Assembly: GCA_023140385.1 (NCBI GenBank)
Contig: JAGLLT010000002.1
Coordinates: 24,295 to 88,294 of the forward strand
DNA: 64,000 nt
Direction of reading: 5' to 3'
Source of the DNA: Candidatus Omnitrophota bacterium
GTDB taxonomy: Bacteria; Omnitrophota; Gorgyraeia; JAGLLT01
Below are positions 27,609 through 37,016 of the stretch, one piece after another. The position numbers and the translations under genes were made by a program. Below the pieces are notes generated by a model. The model was given only the letters and a program-made list of their open reading frames with translations. It was not told where the DNA came from and ran no database searches. Position 1 is the first letter of the stretch, and every line of letters starts with the position of its first letter.

Positions 27609-30600
27609 TGGATAAATCAAATAAAAAGTACCTTCTATTATGTTTATTAATAATTTTCATATGGGGCTTGGTGCCCTTGCTGTGGTTTAATAAGGGCATG
27701 ATTATAACCTCGGATGATATGAGGTTACCTTTAACAATTAAACAATTTAACTTATCTTGGTATAGTTGGAATAGCCTGTATAATACAGGCCTAAATTATA
27801 ATGTTCAGTTTGCCGCTTTAACCTTTTTTATCCCACAGGCCTTTCTTAGATTATTTAATTTATCTGTTATTTCTATACAAAAAATTCAATTTATAATTTG
27901 GTTTATACTCCCCGGTTTTTCAATGTTTTATATGATGACCCAGTTATTAAAATGTAAAGCTAAGTATATTGCCTCTTTAGCGGCAGTTAGTTTTTATATG
28001 TTCAATCTATATTTAGATCCCATTTGGTTAGGATTTAATATGGCTAATATTGCTCTATATAGCGTTCTTCCTTTTGTAGTCGTAGTGTTTTTTAAAGGCT
28101 TAGAAGGGAAGTATAGCATTATAAAAGCGGCTGCTTTAATAGCTTTAGCCTCTCTCGCAGGTTCGGCCAGCGGAGCTAACCCGCCGTTATTATTAGCCGT
28201 CATACCAATACTTTTTTTATCTTTTTTTATTTATTACCTATACGCCGTCAAAACTAAAACTATTTCTATGTCCAAGGGCCTAAAATTCTTTTTTAGATAT
28301 CTATGCCTTGTAATACTCCCTGTGATTTTAATTAATTCATTTTGGTTGATACCAAGAATAGGTGAAGTGTTTTATAGTGTTTCTGATAGTGGTTTTTCCT
28401 TTCTCTCCAAGGATGACGCTTTGCAGTGGTTACAAGGCATAAGCGCTAATTCTTCTATATGGAATGTGGCGCGTCTTCAAGGTATGTGGACTTGGTATCA
28501 GGGGTGGAAAGAGCCTTATTGTCCTTATGCCAGTATTTTTAGGGAAAATATATTCTTTCTTGCCCTTAGCTGCCTTTTACCTTTAATGGTACTTATTGGT
28601 ATAGTCACCTGCAAAAATCGTTATAAGGTTTTTTTCGCGCCTCTTACCGTTTTAGCTTTAATTTTTAGTATGGGTGTTCACGCTCCTTTCGCGAATGTAT
28701 ATTTGTGGTGTGTTAAATACGTGCCTTTCTTCTGGATAATAAGAAGTCCCTGGTATAAGTTTACATTACTTACTTGCTTGGGATACGCGTTTTTTATTGG
28801 TGTAGCCGCCGTGAATATATATAAATTTATAAATAATAGAAAGTGGCGTCTGGTAATTTTTGCGAGGCGGGCTCTAATCGCCGGGTTCATTATTTTTAAT
28901 ATGGTTTATGCTTATCCGGTAGTATTCGGCAAATTTTTTGTTTCTCCCGAAGAGAGAAAATATTTGCCCCCAAACCATGCTGTTATACCCGACTATGTAC
29001 TTGAGTTTAGTAAGTATATAAATAGCAAAGATGAATACTTCAGAATTATGGATTTACCGGATAGTCAATATTGGGCTTATAATTGGGGCCTTTCGGGGGC
29101 AACACCTTTTGTAACTCAGATTTCTCTTAAACCGGTTCTGTTTAATATTTATACGCAATTAGCCGGAAGTGAAAGCAAGGATGTTACCACTGCTTTTTAT
29201 GACGTTTTGTATAATAAAGGATTTCCGGCGGTTAAACTGCTTAATATCCTCAATGCAAGTTATGTATTACAAGAAAATGATGTTAATTATATAATTCCGG
29301 ATAATGGAATCGATTCTCCGGAATTTGTTAAGGAGAGATTAAGCAGGCAGAGGGAAATCAAACTCGAGAAAAAATTTGGAAATTGGGATTTATATAAAGC
29401 TGATGTTGATTTACCTTATATATATATTAAAAACAAGGCGACTTTAATTAAAGGTGGATTGGGGGTTTTAGCCGCGTTAACTAATACAAATTTATTAGAT
29501 CAGCCTCTCTTAATATTTGAGGAGCGGCTCAACAAAGAACTTCGTAAAGAATTTTTTGAAAATAGTATGTTTAGCGAGGTTGTTTTTTATAATTACGATT
29601 TTGAAACTGGAGATAACAGTTTTATTGATATTCAAGAAAATTCGTTAAATTACTTTATATTTTTGGATAGTTCCCGGATGAATGTTGGTTTTGTAAACAA
29701 AACAGAAGGCAGGCAAAAACAGATAACAATTAAGTATAATACAGGTTTTTTTGATGAGACCGTAACCTTTGATGATGAGAATGCCTGGTATGTTTTGAGT
29801 GAAAATAATAAAGAGCATATTATTATAAACAATACGTCAGTCTCACCTCAAAAGATAAATTTGGCTTTTAACGCTCATGCTTTTGGTAGAGATAGAAATC
29901 TTTATGTTTATATTAATAATGAGTATATTAATTTTTTTCCTGTAGTAAATGAAGAAAGCAAGCAAATCATTTTAGAAAATATGTTACTTCAGCCCGGTGA
30001 AAATATCCTTTCTTTTGCTAATGTTGCCGCAAGCGATAATTATGACGGCAAACTAGTTAGCTTTGCCATAAAAGATGACGCCGCGTTAGGAAAATTTACC
30101 TTTAATAAGCCAATAGATTTAGCGGAAGAAGGTGAATATTCTATAAGGTTATATCCCTATCCTCTTGAAACTTACGATACGCTGCCTGAGCAATATGAAA
30201 TCTCTATCAATGGTGACTCTATAAAATTAGAAAAACATAGAAAAGACAATACAATTGTATATTCTAAAAAAACTAATTTAAAAAGCGGTATACAAGTAGT
30301 AAAAATAGAACAGGTGAATTCCGGCGAAAATTATGTAATAAGTATTTGCCCGCTTGATAATAAAAGAGATAATTCCCGCGTTTCAAAGGTGAATTTTGAA
30401 AAAATTAATCCTACGGAGCACAAAGTATTTGTTGATAAACCTGACTCATATTTTCTAGTATTTAATGAATCATATCATTCCCAATGGCGCGCTATTGAGG
30501 CTTCCGGTGATGAATTAACCAATCATTTTGTTGTTAATGGTTACGCGAACGGCTGGTATGTAGATAAAATAAAGAGTCAAGAGCTAACGATTCAATATAA

Positions 30601-30712
30601 GCCTCAAATTCTTTTTATAATAGGCTGCATTATATCTATTATAACCTTTTGTACTTTGCTTTGTTTGCCGATGATAATATCTAAGGTTGAGCGAGGGCAT
30701 GAGTCTAATTAA
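27608..30712 (+). CDS. Large multi-TM DUF3367/AftD-like putative GT-C glycosyltransferase (paralog 3 of 4)
   Basis: PLLWFN-SDD, FYMFNLYLDPIWLGFN, GANPP, RSPWYKF, FNESY, NGYANGW. TAATG coupling to the carbamoyltransferase. Confidence 0.65.
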   Translation: MDKSNKKYLLLCLLIIFIWGLVPLLWFNKGMIITSDDMRLPLTIKQFNLSWYSWNSLYNTGLNYNVQFAALTFFIPQAFLRLFNLSVISIQKIQFIIWFILPGFSMFYMMTQLLKCKAKYIASLAAVSFYMFNLYLDPIWLGFNMANIALYSVLPFVVVVFFKGLEGKYSIIKAAALIALASLAGSASGANPPLLLAVIPILFLSFFIYYLYAVKTKTISMSKGLKFFFRYLCLVILPVILINSFWLIPRIGEVFYSVSDSGFSFLSKDDALQWLQGISANSSIWNVARLQGMWTWYQGWKEPYCPYASIFRENIFFLALSCLLPLMVLIGIVTCKNRYKVFFAPLTVLALIFSMGVHAPFANVYLWCVKYVPFFWIIRSPWYKFTLLTCLGYAFFIGVAAVNIYKFINNRKWRLVIFARRALIAGFIIFNMVYAYPVVFGKFFVSPEERKYLPPNHAVIPDYVLEFSKYINSKDEYFRIMDLPDSQYWAYNWGLSGATPFVTQISLKPVLFNIYTQLAGSESKDVTTAFYDVLYNKGFPAVKLLNILNASYVLQENDVNYIIPDNGIDSPEFVKERLSRQREIKLEKKFGNWDLYKADVDLPYIYIKNKATLIKGGLGVLAALTNTNLLDQPLLIFEERLNKELRKEFFENSMFSEVVFYNYDFETGDNSFIDIQENSLNYFIFLDSSRMNVGFVNKTEGRQKQITIKYNTGFFDETVTFDDENAWYVLSENNKEHIIINNTSVSPQKINLAFNAHAFGRDRNLYVYINNEYINFFPVVNEESKQIILENMLLQPGENILSFANVAASDNYDGKLVSFAIKDDAALGKFTFNKPIDLAEEGEYSIRLYPYPLETYDTLPEQYEISINGDSIKLEKHRKDNTIVYSKKTNLKSGIQVVKIEQVNSGENYVISICPLDNKRDNSRVSKVNFEKINPTEHKVFVDKPDSYFLVFNESYHSQWRAIEASGDELTNHFVVNGYANGWYVDKIKSQELTIQYKPQILFIIGCIISIITFCTLLCLPMIISKVERGHESN

Positions 30713-33700
30713 GCGCGGATCAACTATAAATTCACTGATAATAGTAATTCTTGGATTATGTCCATTACTATGGTTTAAGAATGGTTATCTTATTAAAACC
30801 GAAGATATAGGGATTCCTTTAAGCTATAGCGAGTGGACTAATTATTTGTTTTCCTGGTTTAATCAAAGAGCTGCCGGCACATATCCCGTAGATAACTTCG
30901 CGGCCATATTTTTCCTTTCACTGCCAGCTGTATTGCAAAAAGCGGGGCTTTCCATAATTGCCTCGCAGAAAATACAATTTATTTTCTGGTTTATGCTCTC
31001 AGGTTTTTCCATATACTATCTGATAGTTGCCCTCAATAAGGGTAAGCACCCCAACTCTTTAATAGTCTTACCGGCTGTTATCTTTTATATGTTTAATTTA
31101 TATCTTGAGCCGGTTTGGCTGGGATTTAACATTGCAAATTTATCCGCGTACGCGGGTATACCTTTTTTGGCCGGTTTTGTAATTAATGCTATAAATTCAA
31201 AAAGGTATTTTAAGTATTTATCCCTTGCGGGCCTTCTTGGAATTATCTTATCGGGAGTAGGTGTTAATCCGCCCATTATGTATGTAGCTGTTTTGTTTAT
31301 GGTGCTTTGGCTGGCCTATTGTTTTATCGTACATGTCATTAAAATAAAAACAGTTACGTCCGCGAGATTTATCACTTTTGTTCTATCTTTGGTTTTAATA
31401 GTTACTTTGGTTAACGCGTTTTGGATTTATCCTCAGGCGAAGAGGCTCTTGCATTCAACTGAGTTAAAACCGCTTACGGAATATAAGGAAACTGTGGAGG
31501 AGGGGATAAAGGAGCGATCCAAGCATACCAGCCTTCTTAATGTCTCAAGATTTCAGGCGGCGTGGACCTGGTACGAGGATTATGAGGACGATCCTTATGT
31601 GCTGTATAGCGAGTTTTATAAGAAAAATAAGTTTTTTATCTTATTAAGTATTATCCCGGTTATAATAGTTTTTCTATCTTGTTTTAATTTAAAGGGGCAG
31701 GTTTATTTACCTTTTTATATTCTGCTTAGTTTGATGGGTATTATTTTTGCTACCGGTATACATGCTCCATTTTCAACTTTAAACACGTTTTTAGTAAAAT
31801 ATATACCAGGATTTTGGATGATAAGAAGCCCCTGGTATAAGTGGTCTCTTTTTACGGTATTGGGTTTCTCGGTATGTATATATTATTTGGCGAAAAAGGT
31901 TTTTAGGCTCTGGCCAAAGCAAAAGCTAACTTTTGGTTTTTTAAGTGTTTTTGTTTCTGCGTTGTTTCTTATTTATGCCTTTCCGATTGCAAGCGGCCGC
32001 ATGTTTACCTCTGAAGAGGAGCGCCATTACATACCTCCGCAGCATATAAAAATTCCCGCCTATGTTTTTGAAGCAGCTCAATGGTTTAACAATCAAAAAG
32101 ATTTTTGTAGAATTATGCTCCTGCATTCAAACGCGCGGCGCATAACTGATTGGGGATATTCCGGATATGAACCGGTTTTATCTTACTTCACACATAAACC
32201 GCTTATTGTTCCAATTGCAGCCGATTCATACGGTTCACCATACTCAATTCCTAATTTTAAAAATCTTCTTTATAGGTGGCTGTACATAAATAAAGAAGGC
32301 AAAAATGAGCGTGAGTCGTTAGTTAATGTTAAGAAACAAAATTCAGACAAAGTGGCAATATCTATTTTGCCCATGTTCAATGTTAAATATTTACTCTATG
32401 AAGGCGATATAAGATGGAGTTTTTATGACCATTATGAATCACCCGAATTCATAGAAGCTAAACTCGCTCTGCAGAAAGGGGTTAATCTTGTTAAGAAGTT
32501 TGGTAGATGGAAAATATATGAAATTGACAAGAAGCTCGATCATATCTATGCCGCGAGTAAGATAAATATTCTTGATGGTGATTTAGAAATGCTTGAAGCC
32601 CTAAGCCGGACAAATTTATTAAATTATAACAATGTATTTGCCCATGATATTGATGACTCTTTTTTTGCTTATATCAAAAAGCATAATTTAATAGACAAAA
32701 CCTTCTTTTATAACAGAGTTAATTTTGACAATGAGACGCGAAAAAATTCTTACATGCTATTATCCACTAAGGATGCTGATATTTTTTCAATTAAAGATGT
32801 GCCGGACGCGGCCGCCGGTAGAAATATTGAAATGAAGTTTAATAAAGATACTTATGAATCATACCAAATTAACGAAAGAAACTATTATTCTTTTAAAGCT
32901 GACGGCTCAGCCCTGGAAGCGGAAATTGTGAATAATGGCAATTCAGGAATGCTGATTAACATAAGGCTGAATTGCCTTAACGGTTCAGATAAATTTATTG
33001 ATGTTCATTTAAACGATCGTTTAATAAAAAGGTCTTTTGTAGAAAAGGGTGAAAATAAGTACATAAAGTTAGAATCATTAAATATTAAACCAGGGCATAA
33101 TTATATAACCTTTTCCGCGCCGCGCTCAGAAGACAATTCTATTACAGCTTTTTCTTCAAATGTTGGCTATTATTGTCATGAGTTTATAACTTCGCTGAAT
33201 TTTGCAAAAAATGGAAATTATTTAGTTGAGCTTTACGTCTTTCCCGTCAATCAAGTAGAAGATCTTAATAAGTCTAAAGATTTTTATATAAATGATGATG
33301 CTTTGCGTCTTGATTATAATGAATCGAATACCGCGTATACTTCTGCAGAAAACGCTAAATTTTTTGAAGGTAAGAATGTGATTAGATTCTTACGTCAAAA
33401 ACAAGAGGATTATTATGTTTTGATTAAACCATTGTCTTCACCTCAGGATAATGAGTTTTTTGAACTGAAATTTAATTTTTTAAATCCGGTTCAATATGAA
33501 GTTGAATTTGATGGAATAGACACCGAATGTTTATTTTTATTTTTCAACGAGGCTTATGATAGTAATTGGATAGCAGCCGAGAGGCAAACGAATAAGGTTA
33601 TTACTAATCATTTTACGGCCAATGGATATGCTAATGGATGGTTGCTCAGTGAGTTGCAAAACAATGGACAAACAAAATGCGTTATGTTAAAATATGAAAT

Positions 33701-33815
33701 TCAAGGTCAATTTTACGCGGGACTTATAATAAGTGGCTCCATTGTACTAATTTGTTTGATTCCAATAGTTGTAATAATTTTTAGTGGTTTGAATAATAAA
33801 AGGAAACGATTTTGA
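30699..33815 (+). CDS. Large multi-TM DUF3367/AftD-like putative GT-C glycosyltransferase (paralog 4 of 4)
   Basis: ATG at 30699 after GAGGG. PLLWFK-TED, FYMFNLYLEPVWLGFN, GVNPP, RSPWYKW, NGYANGW, C-terminal TM. Confidence 0.65.
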   Translation: MSLIKRGSTINSLIIVILGLCPLLWFKNGYLIKTEDIGIPLSYSEWTNYLFSWFNQRAAGTYPVDNFAAIFFLSLPAVLQKAGLSIIASQKIQFIFWFMLSGFSIYYLIVALNKGKHPNSLIVLPAVIFYMFNLYLEPVWLGFNIANLSAYAGIPFLAGFVINAINSKRYFKYLSLAGLLGIILSGVGVNPPIMYVAVLFMVLWLAYCFIVHVIKIKTVTSARFITFVLSLVLIVTLVNAFWIYPQAKRLLHSTELKPLTEYKETVEEGIKERSKHTSLLNVSRFQAAWTWYEDYEDDPYVLYSEFYKKNKFFILLSIIPVIIVFLSCFNLKGQVYLPFYILLSLMGIIFATGIHAPFSTLNTFLVKYIPGFWMIRSPWYKWSLFTVLGFSVCIYYLAKKVFRLWPKQKLTFGFLSVFVSALFLIYAFPIASGRMFTSEEERHYIPPQHIKIPAYVFEAAQWFNNQKDFCRIMLLHSNARRITDWGYSGYEPVLSYFTHKPLIVPIAADSYGSPYSIPNFKNLLYRWLYINKEGKNERESLVNVKKQNSDKVAISILPMFNVKYLLYEGDIRWSFYDHYESPEFIEAKLALQKGVNLVKKFGRWKIYEIDKKLDHIYAASKINILDGDLEMLEALSRTNLLNYNNVFAHDIDDSFFAYIKKHNLIDKTFFYNRVNFDNETRKNSYMLLSTKDADIFSIKDVPDAAAGRNIEMKFNKDTYESYQINERNYYSFKADGSALEAEIVNNGNSGMLINIRLNCLNGSDKFIDVHLNDRLIKRSFVEKGENKYIKLESLNIKPGHNYITFSAPRSEDNSITAFSSNVGYYCHEFITSLNFAKNGNYLVELYVFPVNQVEDLNKSKDFYINDDALRLDYNESNTAYTSAENAKFFEGKNVIRFLRQKQEDYYVLIKPLSSPQDNEFFELKFNFLNPVQYEVEFDGIDTECLFLFFNEAYDSNWIAAERQTNKVITNHFTANGYANGWLLSELQNNGQTKCVMLKYEIQGQFYAGLIISGSIVLICLIPIVVIIFSGLNNKRKRF

Positions 33816-34915
33816 TGGGGAAAATGACTAAAATTACTATTTATATCATAGGCGCCTTATTAGTAGGTTTTTTACTTTCATTTTATTATCAAACCATAGT
33901 AGATTCAAATATAGACCCTTTTAGTATAAAGTATTCTTTTTTTTCCGTTGGAGGTAATAAGCAAGATAGTTTTTTGCTGCTTAAGGGCTGGCAATCAAGA
34001 AAAGTTGGCAATGATTATTACTCCTCAATGAAGGGTGAGCGAGCTTTACTTATAGTTGATGTTCCAAGCAAAAATGGTGTTTGCTTCGAGTTTAAATATA
34101 GGACAAGCGACCCGGATCAAGTAATACAAGTGTATTGTAAGCAGAAAATGGTGGGTATTTTAAAGGGAGGTAGAAATAAAAATTGGGAGTATGGATATAT
34201 AACGGTAAATAGCTCTTTAATAGATATAGGGTTAAATAAAGTCCATCTTATAAAATCGAAAGCCTCTGAACCTGATTTTGCTGATTTGACTATTTCGAAT
34301 TATAAAAACAAAAAGCTGATATTTATGCGAGCTTATGTAGTATGGGAATCAACCAAGTGGTTTAATAAAAGGGGGGATATCTCTGTTAATTGGAACAGGT
34401 GTTTTTATACTGCCTTAAGTTTTTTATGCGCCTGGTTAATTTATTCCGGCTTTTTCTGGTTATTTACTAAAAAGGGGTATCTTTTCATTGCTTACATGGA
34501 TTTATATTCATACTTACCCGCGATAATTTATTTCTCCATCTTGTTTGTAATTTCAAAAATTATTTCTTCTTATACTTTCTTTTATTATAAAATTGATTTT
34601 ATTTTAGCTTTTGTATTCCTTACGTCAATAGGTAAAATTTATCAGATTATTCATTATGGAAAAAAAGATATGCTTGTTTCGCGTTATCATCAGTTTCGCA
34701 GTTTCTTAAAAAATAAATATGACGCGATTGGTAATATTTTCATAGTAATCTACATTTTAACTATGATAACTTGCGCGATATTACTGATGTTTGATAATCG
34801 TGTAATCGCGGAAATGTTTTGTGATTATGGTTTTTTTGTACTGATAGCGGGTGTGGCGCTTAAGGTTATTAAATTTTTTAGGAGTAAAGAATATCTTGTG
34901 GAGGATAAGAATTGA
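33815..34915 (+). CDS. Hypothetical membrane protein (N-terminal TM, beta-rich soluble domain, about 5 C-terminal TMs)
   Basis: ORF coupled by a TGATG overlap; hydrophobicity pattern. Confidence 0.65.
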   Translation: MGKMTKITIYIIGALLVGFLLSFYYQTIVDSNIDPFSIKYSFFSVGGNKQDSFLLLKGWQSRKVGNDYYSSMKGERALLIVDVPSKNGVCFEFKYRTSDPDQVIQVYCKQKMVGILKGGRNKNWEYGYITVNSSLIDIGLNKVHLIKSKASEPDFADLTISNYKNKKLIFMRAYVVWESTKWFNKRGDISVNWNRCFYTALSFLCAWLIYSGFFWLFTKKGYLFIAYMDLYSYLPAIIYFSILFVISKIISSYTFFYYKIDFILAFVFLTSIGKIYQIIHYGKKDMLVSRYHQFRSFLKNKYDAIGNIFIVIYILTMITCAILLMFDNRVIAEMFCDYGFFVLIAGVALKVIKFFRSKEYLVEDKN

Positions 34916-35838
34916 AGAGATTAATAACAAGAATTATTCTAGCGTCGTTAATTTCGACAGCTATAATTGTTTTTTCTATTTTGATATGGATTAATTTACC
35001 GTTGGATAATTATGATGCCCGGATTGATTTTAGCAAACACTGGTTATTTATGGGCTGCGATATTGCCGCGAAGGATGCGAGTCTAATTGATGAGGTTGTT
35101 AATCTTAAATTTAAAAACGAATATATAGTGAATGCCTGGTGGCGCCGCCGGATTATTAAATTTGTTAGCGGAAGATTGTTGCCATTGAGAATTAATTTTT
35201 ACCTTGACCCCGTGGATAATGGCAAGGATTTCGTATATACGATTGCTATACAATCTTCAAAAGTACAGCGTGCTTGCCAAATTTATATCCTTGGATGGAA
35301 AAAGACCCCATACTTTAAAAAGAATTATAGAATGCAATGCAAAAACGGGTGGCAGTTAATAAAACCCGCGAATTCATCCACAGAAAAAAGGTCTTTAGCG
35401 TCTTTCAAGGATTTATTAGTTTTTTCTAATGATATTGAAGGATTTGAAGCTGCTATAGATGACTTATCTTTAAAAGCCGCTAAAATAGAAGTTAGGCCTT
35501 GTTATACTATTCACGCTCAAGTGACAGATGATATAGGAATGCTGAATCATTATGTAGATAAAATTAAAGATGACGCTTCATATGATTTATTTCCTACTAT
35601 ATCAGATATTTCGCGAGTTAAATTATATTTGAATTATGATAACGAAAAGTCAGTACATAAAGGCTGTATTTCATTTAAAGTCGCGGATAATTGTAATGTG
35701 TCAAAGGTTAAGCGCGATATTAGATTTCTTATGCAATTTTTTAAAAGAGTAGCGGATGCTAATGGTTATAAAATAGAAAACCGGATGGAAGTTGATAAAA
35801 ATGCTATATTGGCTAAATTCAATGTATCAAAAAATTAA
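34912..35838 (+). CDS. Hypothetical protein with N-terminal membrane anchor
   Basis: Single N-terminal hydrophobic helix; TTG start with GGAGG RBS; weak similarity to the next ORF. Confidence 0.65.
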   Translation: MKRLITRIILASLISTAIIVFSILIWINLPLDNYDARIDFSKHWLFMGCDIAAKDASLIDEVVNLKFKNEYIVNAWWRRRIIKFVSGRLLPLRINFYLDPVDNGKDFVYTIAIQSSKVQRACQIYILGWKKTPYFKKNYRMQCKNGWQLIKPANSSTEKRSLASFKDLLVFSNDIEGFEAAIDDLSLKAAKIEVRPCYTIHAQVTDDIGMLNHYVDKIKDDASYDLFPTISDISRVKLYLNYDNEKSVHKGCISFKVADNCNVSKVKRDIRFLMQFFKRVADANGYKIENRMEVDKNAILAKFNVSKN

Positions 35839-35850
35839 GGAGGGTAAGCT

Positions 35851-37014
35851 GTGCCAAGATTGAGAATATTAAATTACATTTTTCTTATTTGTCTACAATT
35901 TTTAGGATTTTTGTACGTAACTTCAAATTGTGTTTTCGCGGCAACGGATGAGTTTAGTTTTATCGCGCGGGATGCCGATGTAATATTATCTGTTAGAAAT
36001 GACGCTGATGATGAAGGTTTAAGTTATGTAACTAACTTATGGCGAGACAGGTTTGATATAAGAGAAACAACCGTTAAGAACGATGCCATTACTAAATTGT
36101 ACAGTGAATTACCATCCACTACCATTGTTGGAGCGGTTTATTTACCTCAGGAAGCATTTGATAAAAAAGGTGATCCTGTATATCCTGATTTTGTAATTAT
36201 AATTAAAATTGAAGAAAGTGATAAAGTTGTCGCTGAAGCCATTGAAACACTTATTAAAAAAAGAAAACCTCTCAAAGAAGTAAAGTATAAGGGTTTTAGT
36301 ATTGTCTATCGTGATAAAAAGCTTGAACCATATCACGGTCAAAAAGATTTAGCGGCTTACGTAAAAATTGATAATTATTTCATAATCGCCATGAGTCCGG
36401 ATAAGCTCTACAAATCTATAGATTGTTTCAAGGGCAGCATAAAGAAATTTGATACAAAAAAAATTCTTCCATTTGTAAAAACATTTAAAAGCGATGTCTA
36501 TTTATACGCGAATAATAGATCAGGCCTTTTTTCTAAAAATTTAAAGAGATGGGAGGAAAATGAGGGCATAAGAGTACTACTGTCTTCCGCGTCTATTTCA
36601 TCAATATTTTTCTCATTAAACATAGCTACCGGTGACGCGATTAATGGCGAAATAATTTTTACACCCAGATATGAAAAGAACATTATAGATATTGAAGACG
36701 ATGCTTATTTCTTTCAAGAAGTAATTAGCCGCTCATTTATAAAACAAGATATTAATTGGATTAGTGATGTTAGAATTGAGGAGAAAAATGTTATCCTTGA
36801 TTTTAAAGGAACCGGCTTTGAAAAAATATGGGAAGAAGCGCTTCTTAGCAAAAAAATAGCTTTTTTAGAAAAGGAATCTAAAGAGGAAGAAAAAGATCAG
36901 GAAAATGATACTGATTTTAGTACATCTTCCGGTAGAATGGTTAAGATAATATTTATGACTCTTGTAATGCTTATAGTTATTGGAGTCATTACGTTCATCA
37001 AAAGGAAGAAGTAA
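35851..37014 (+). CDS. Hypothetical exported protein with signal peptide and C-terminal TM anchor
   Basis: Signal-like N-terminus (..CVFA|AT), acidic linker, C-terminal TM followed by KRKK; AGGAGG RBS. Confidence 0.7.
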   Translation: MPRLRILNYIFLICLQFLGFLYVTSNCVFAATDEFSFIARDADVILSVRNDADDEGLSYVTNLWRDRFDIRETTVKNDAITKLYSELPSTTIVGAVYLPQEAFDKKGDPVYPDFVIIIKIEESDKVVAEAIETLIKKRKPLKEVKYKGFSIVYRDKKLEPYHGQKDLAAYVKIDNYFIIAMSPDKLYKSIDCFKGSIKKFDTKKILPFVKTFKSDVYLYANNRSGLFSKNLKRWEENEGIRVLLSSASISSIFFSLNIATGDAINGEIIFTPRYEKNIIDIEDDAYFFQEVISRSFIKQDINWISDVRIEEKNVILDFKGTGFEKIWEEALLSKKIAFLEKESKEEEKDQENDTDFSTSSGRMVKIIFMTLVMLIVIGVITFIKRKK

Positions 37015-37016
37015 GC

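Noticed and set aside
8437-33815. Diversity-generating retroelement or recombinational shuffling among the four paralogs
   Set aside because: No reverse transcriptase, recombinase or near-identical DNA repeats are visible; similarity is at protein motif level only.
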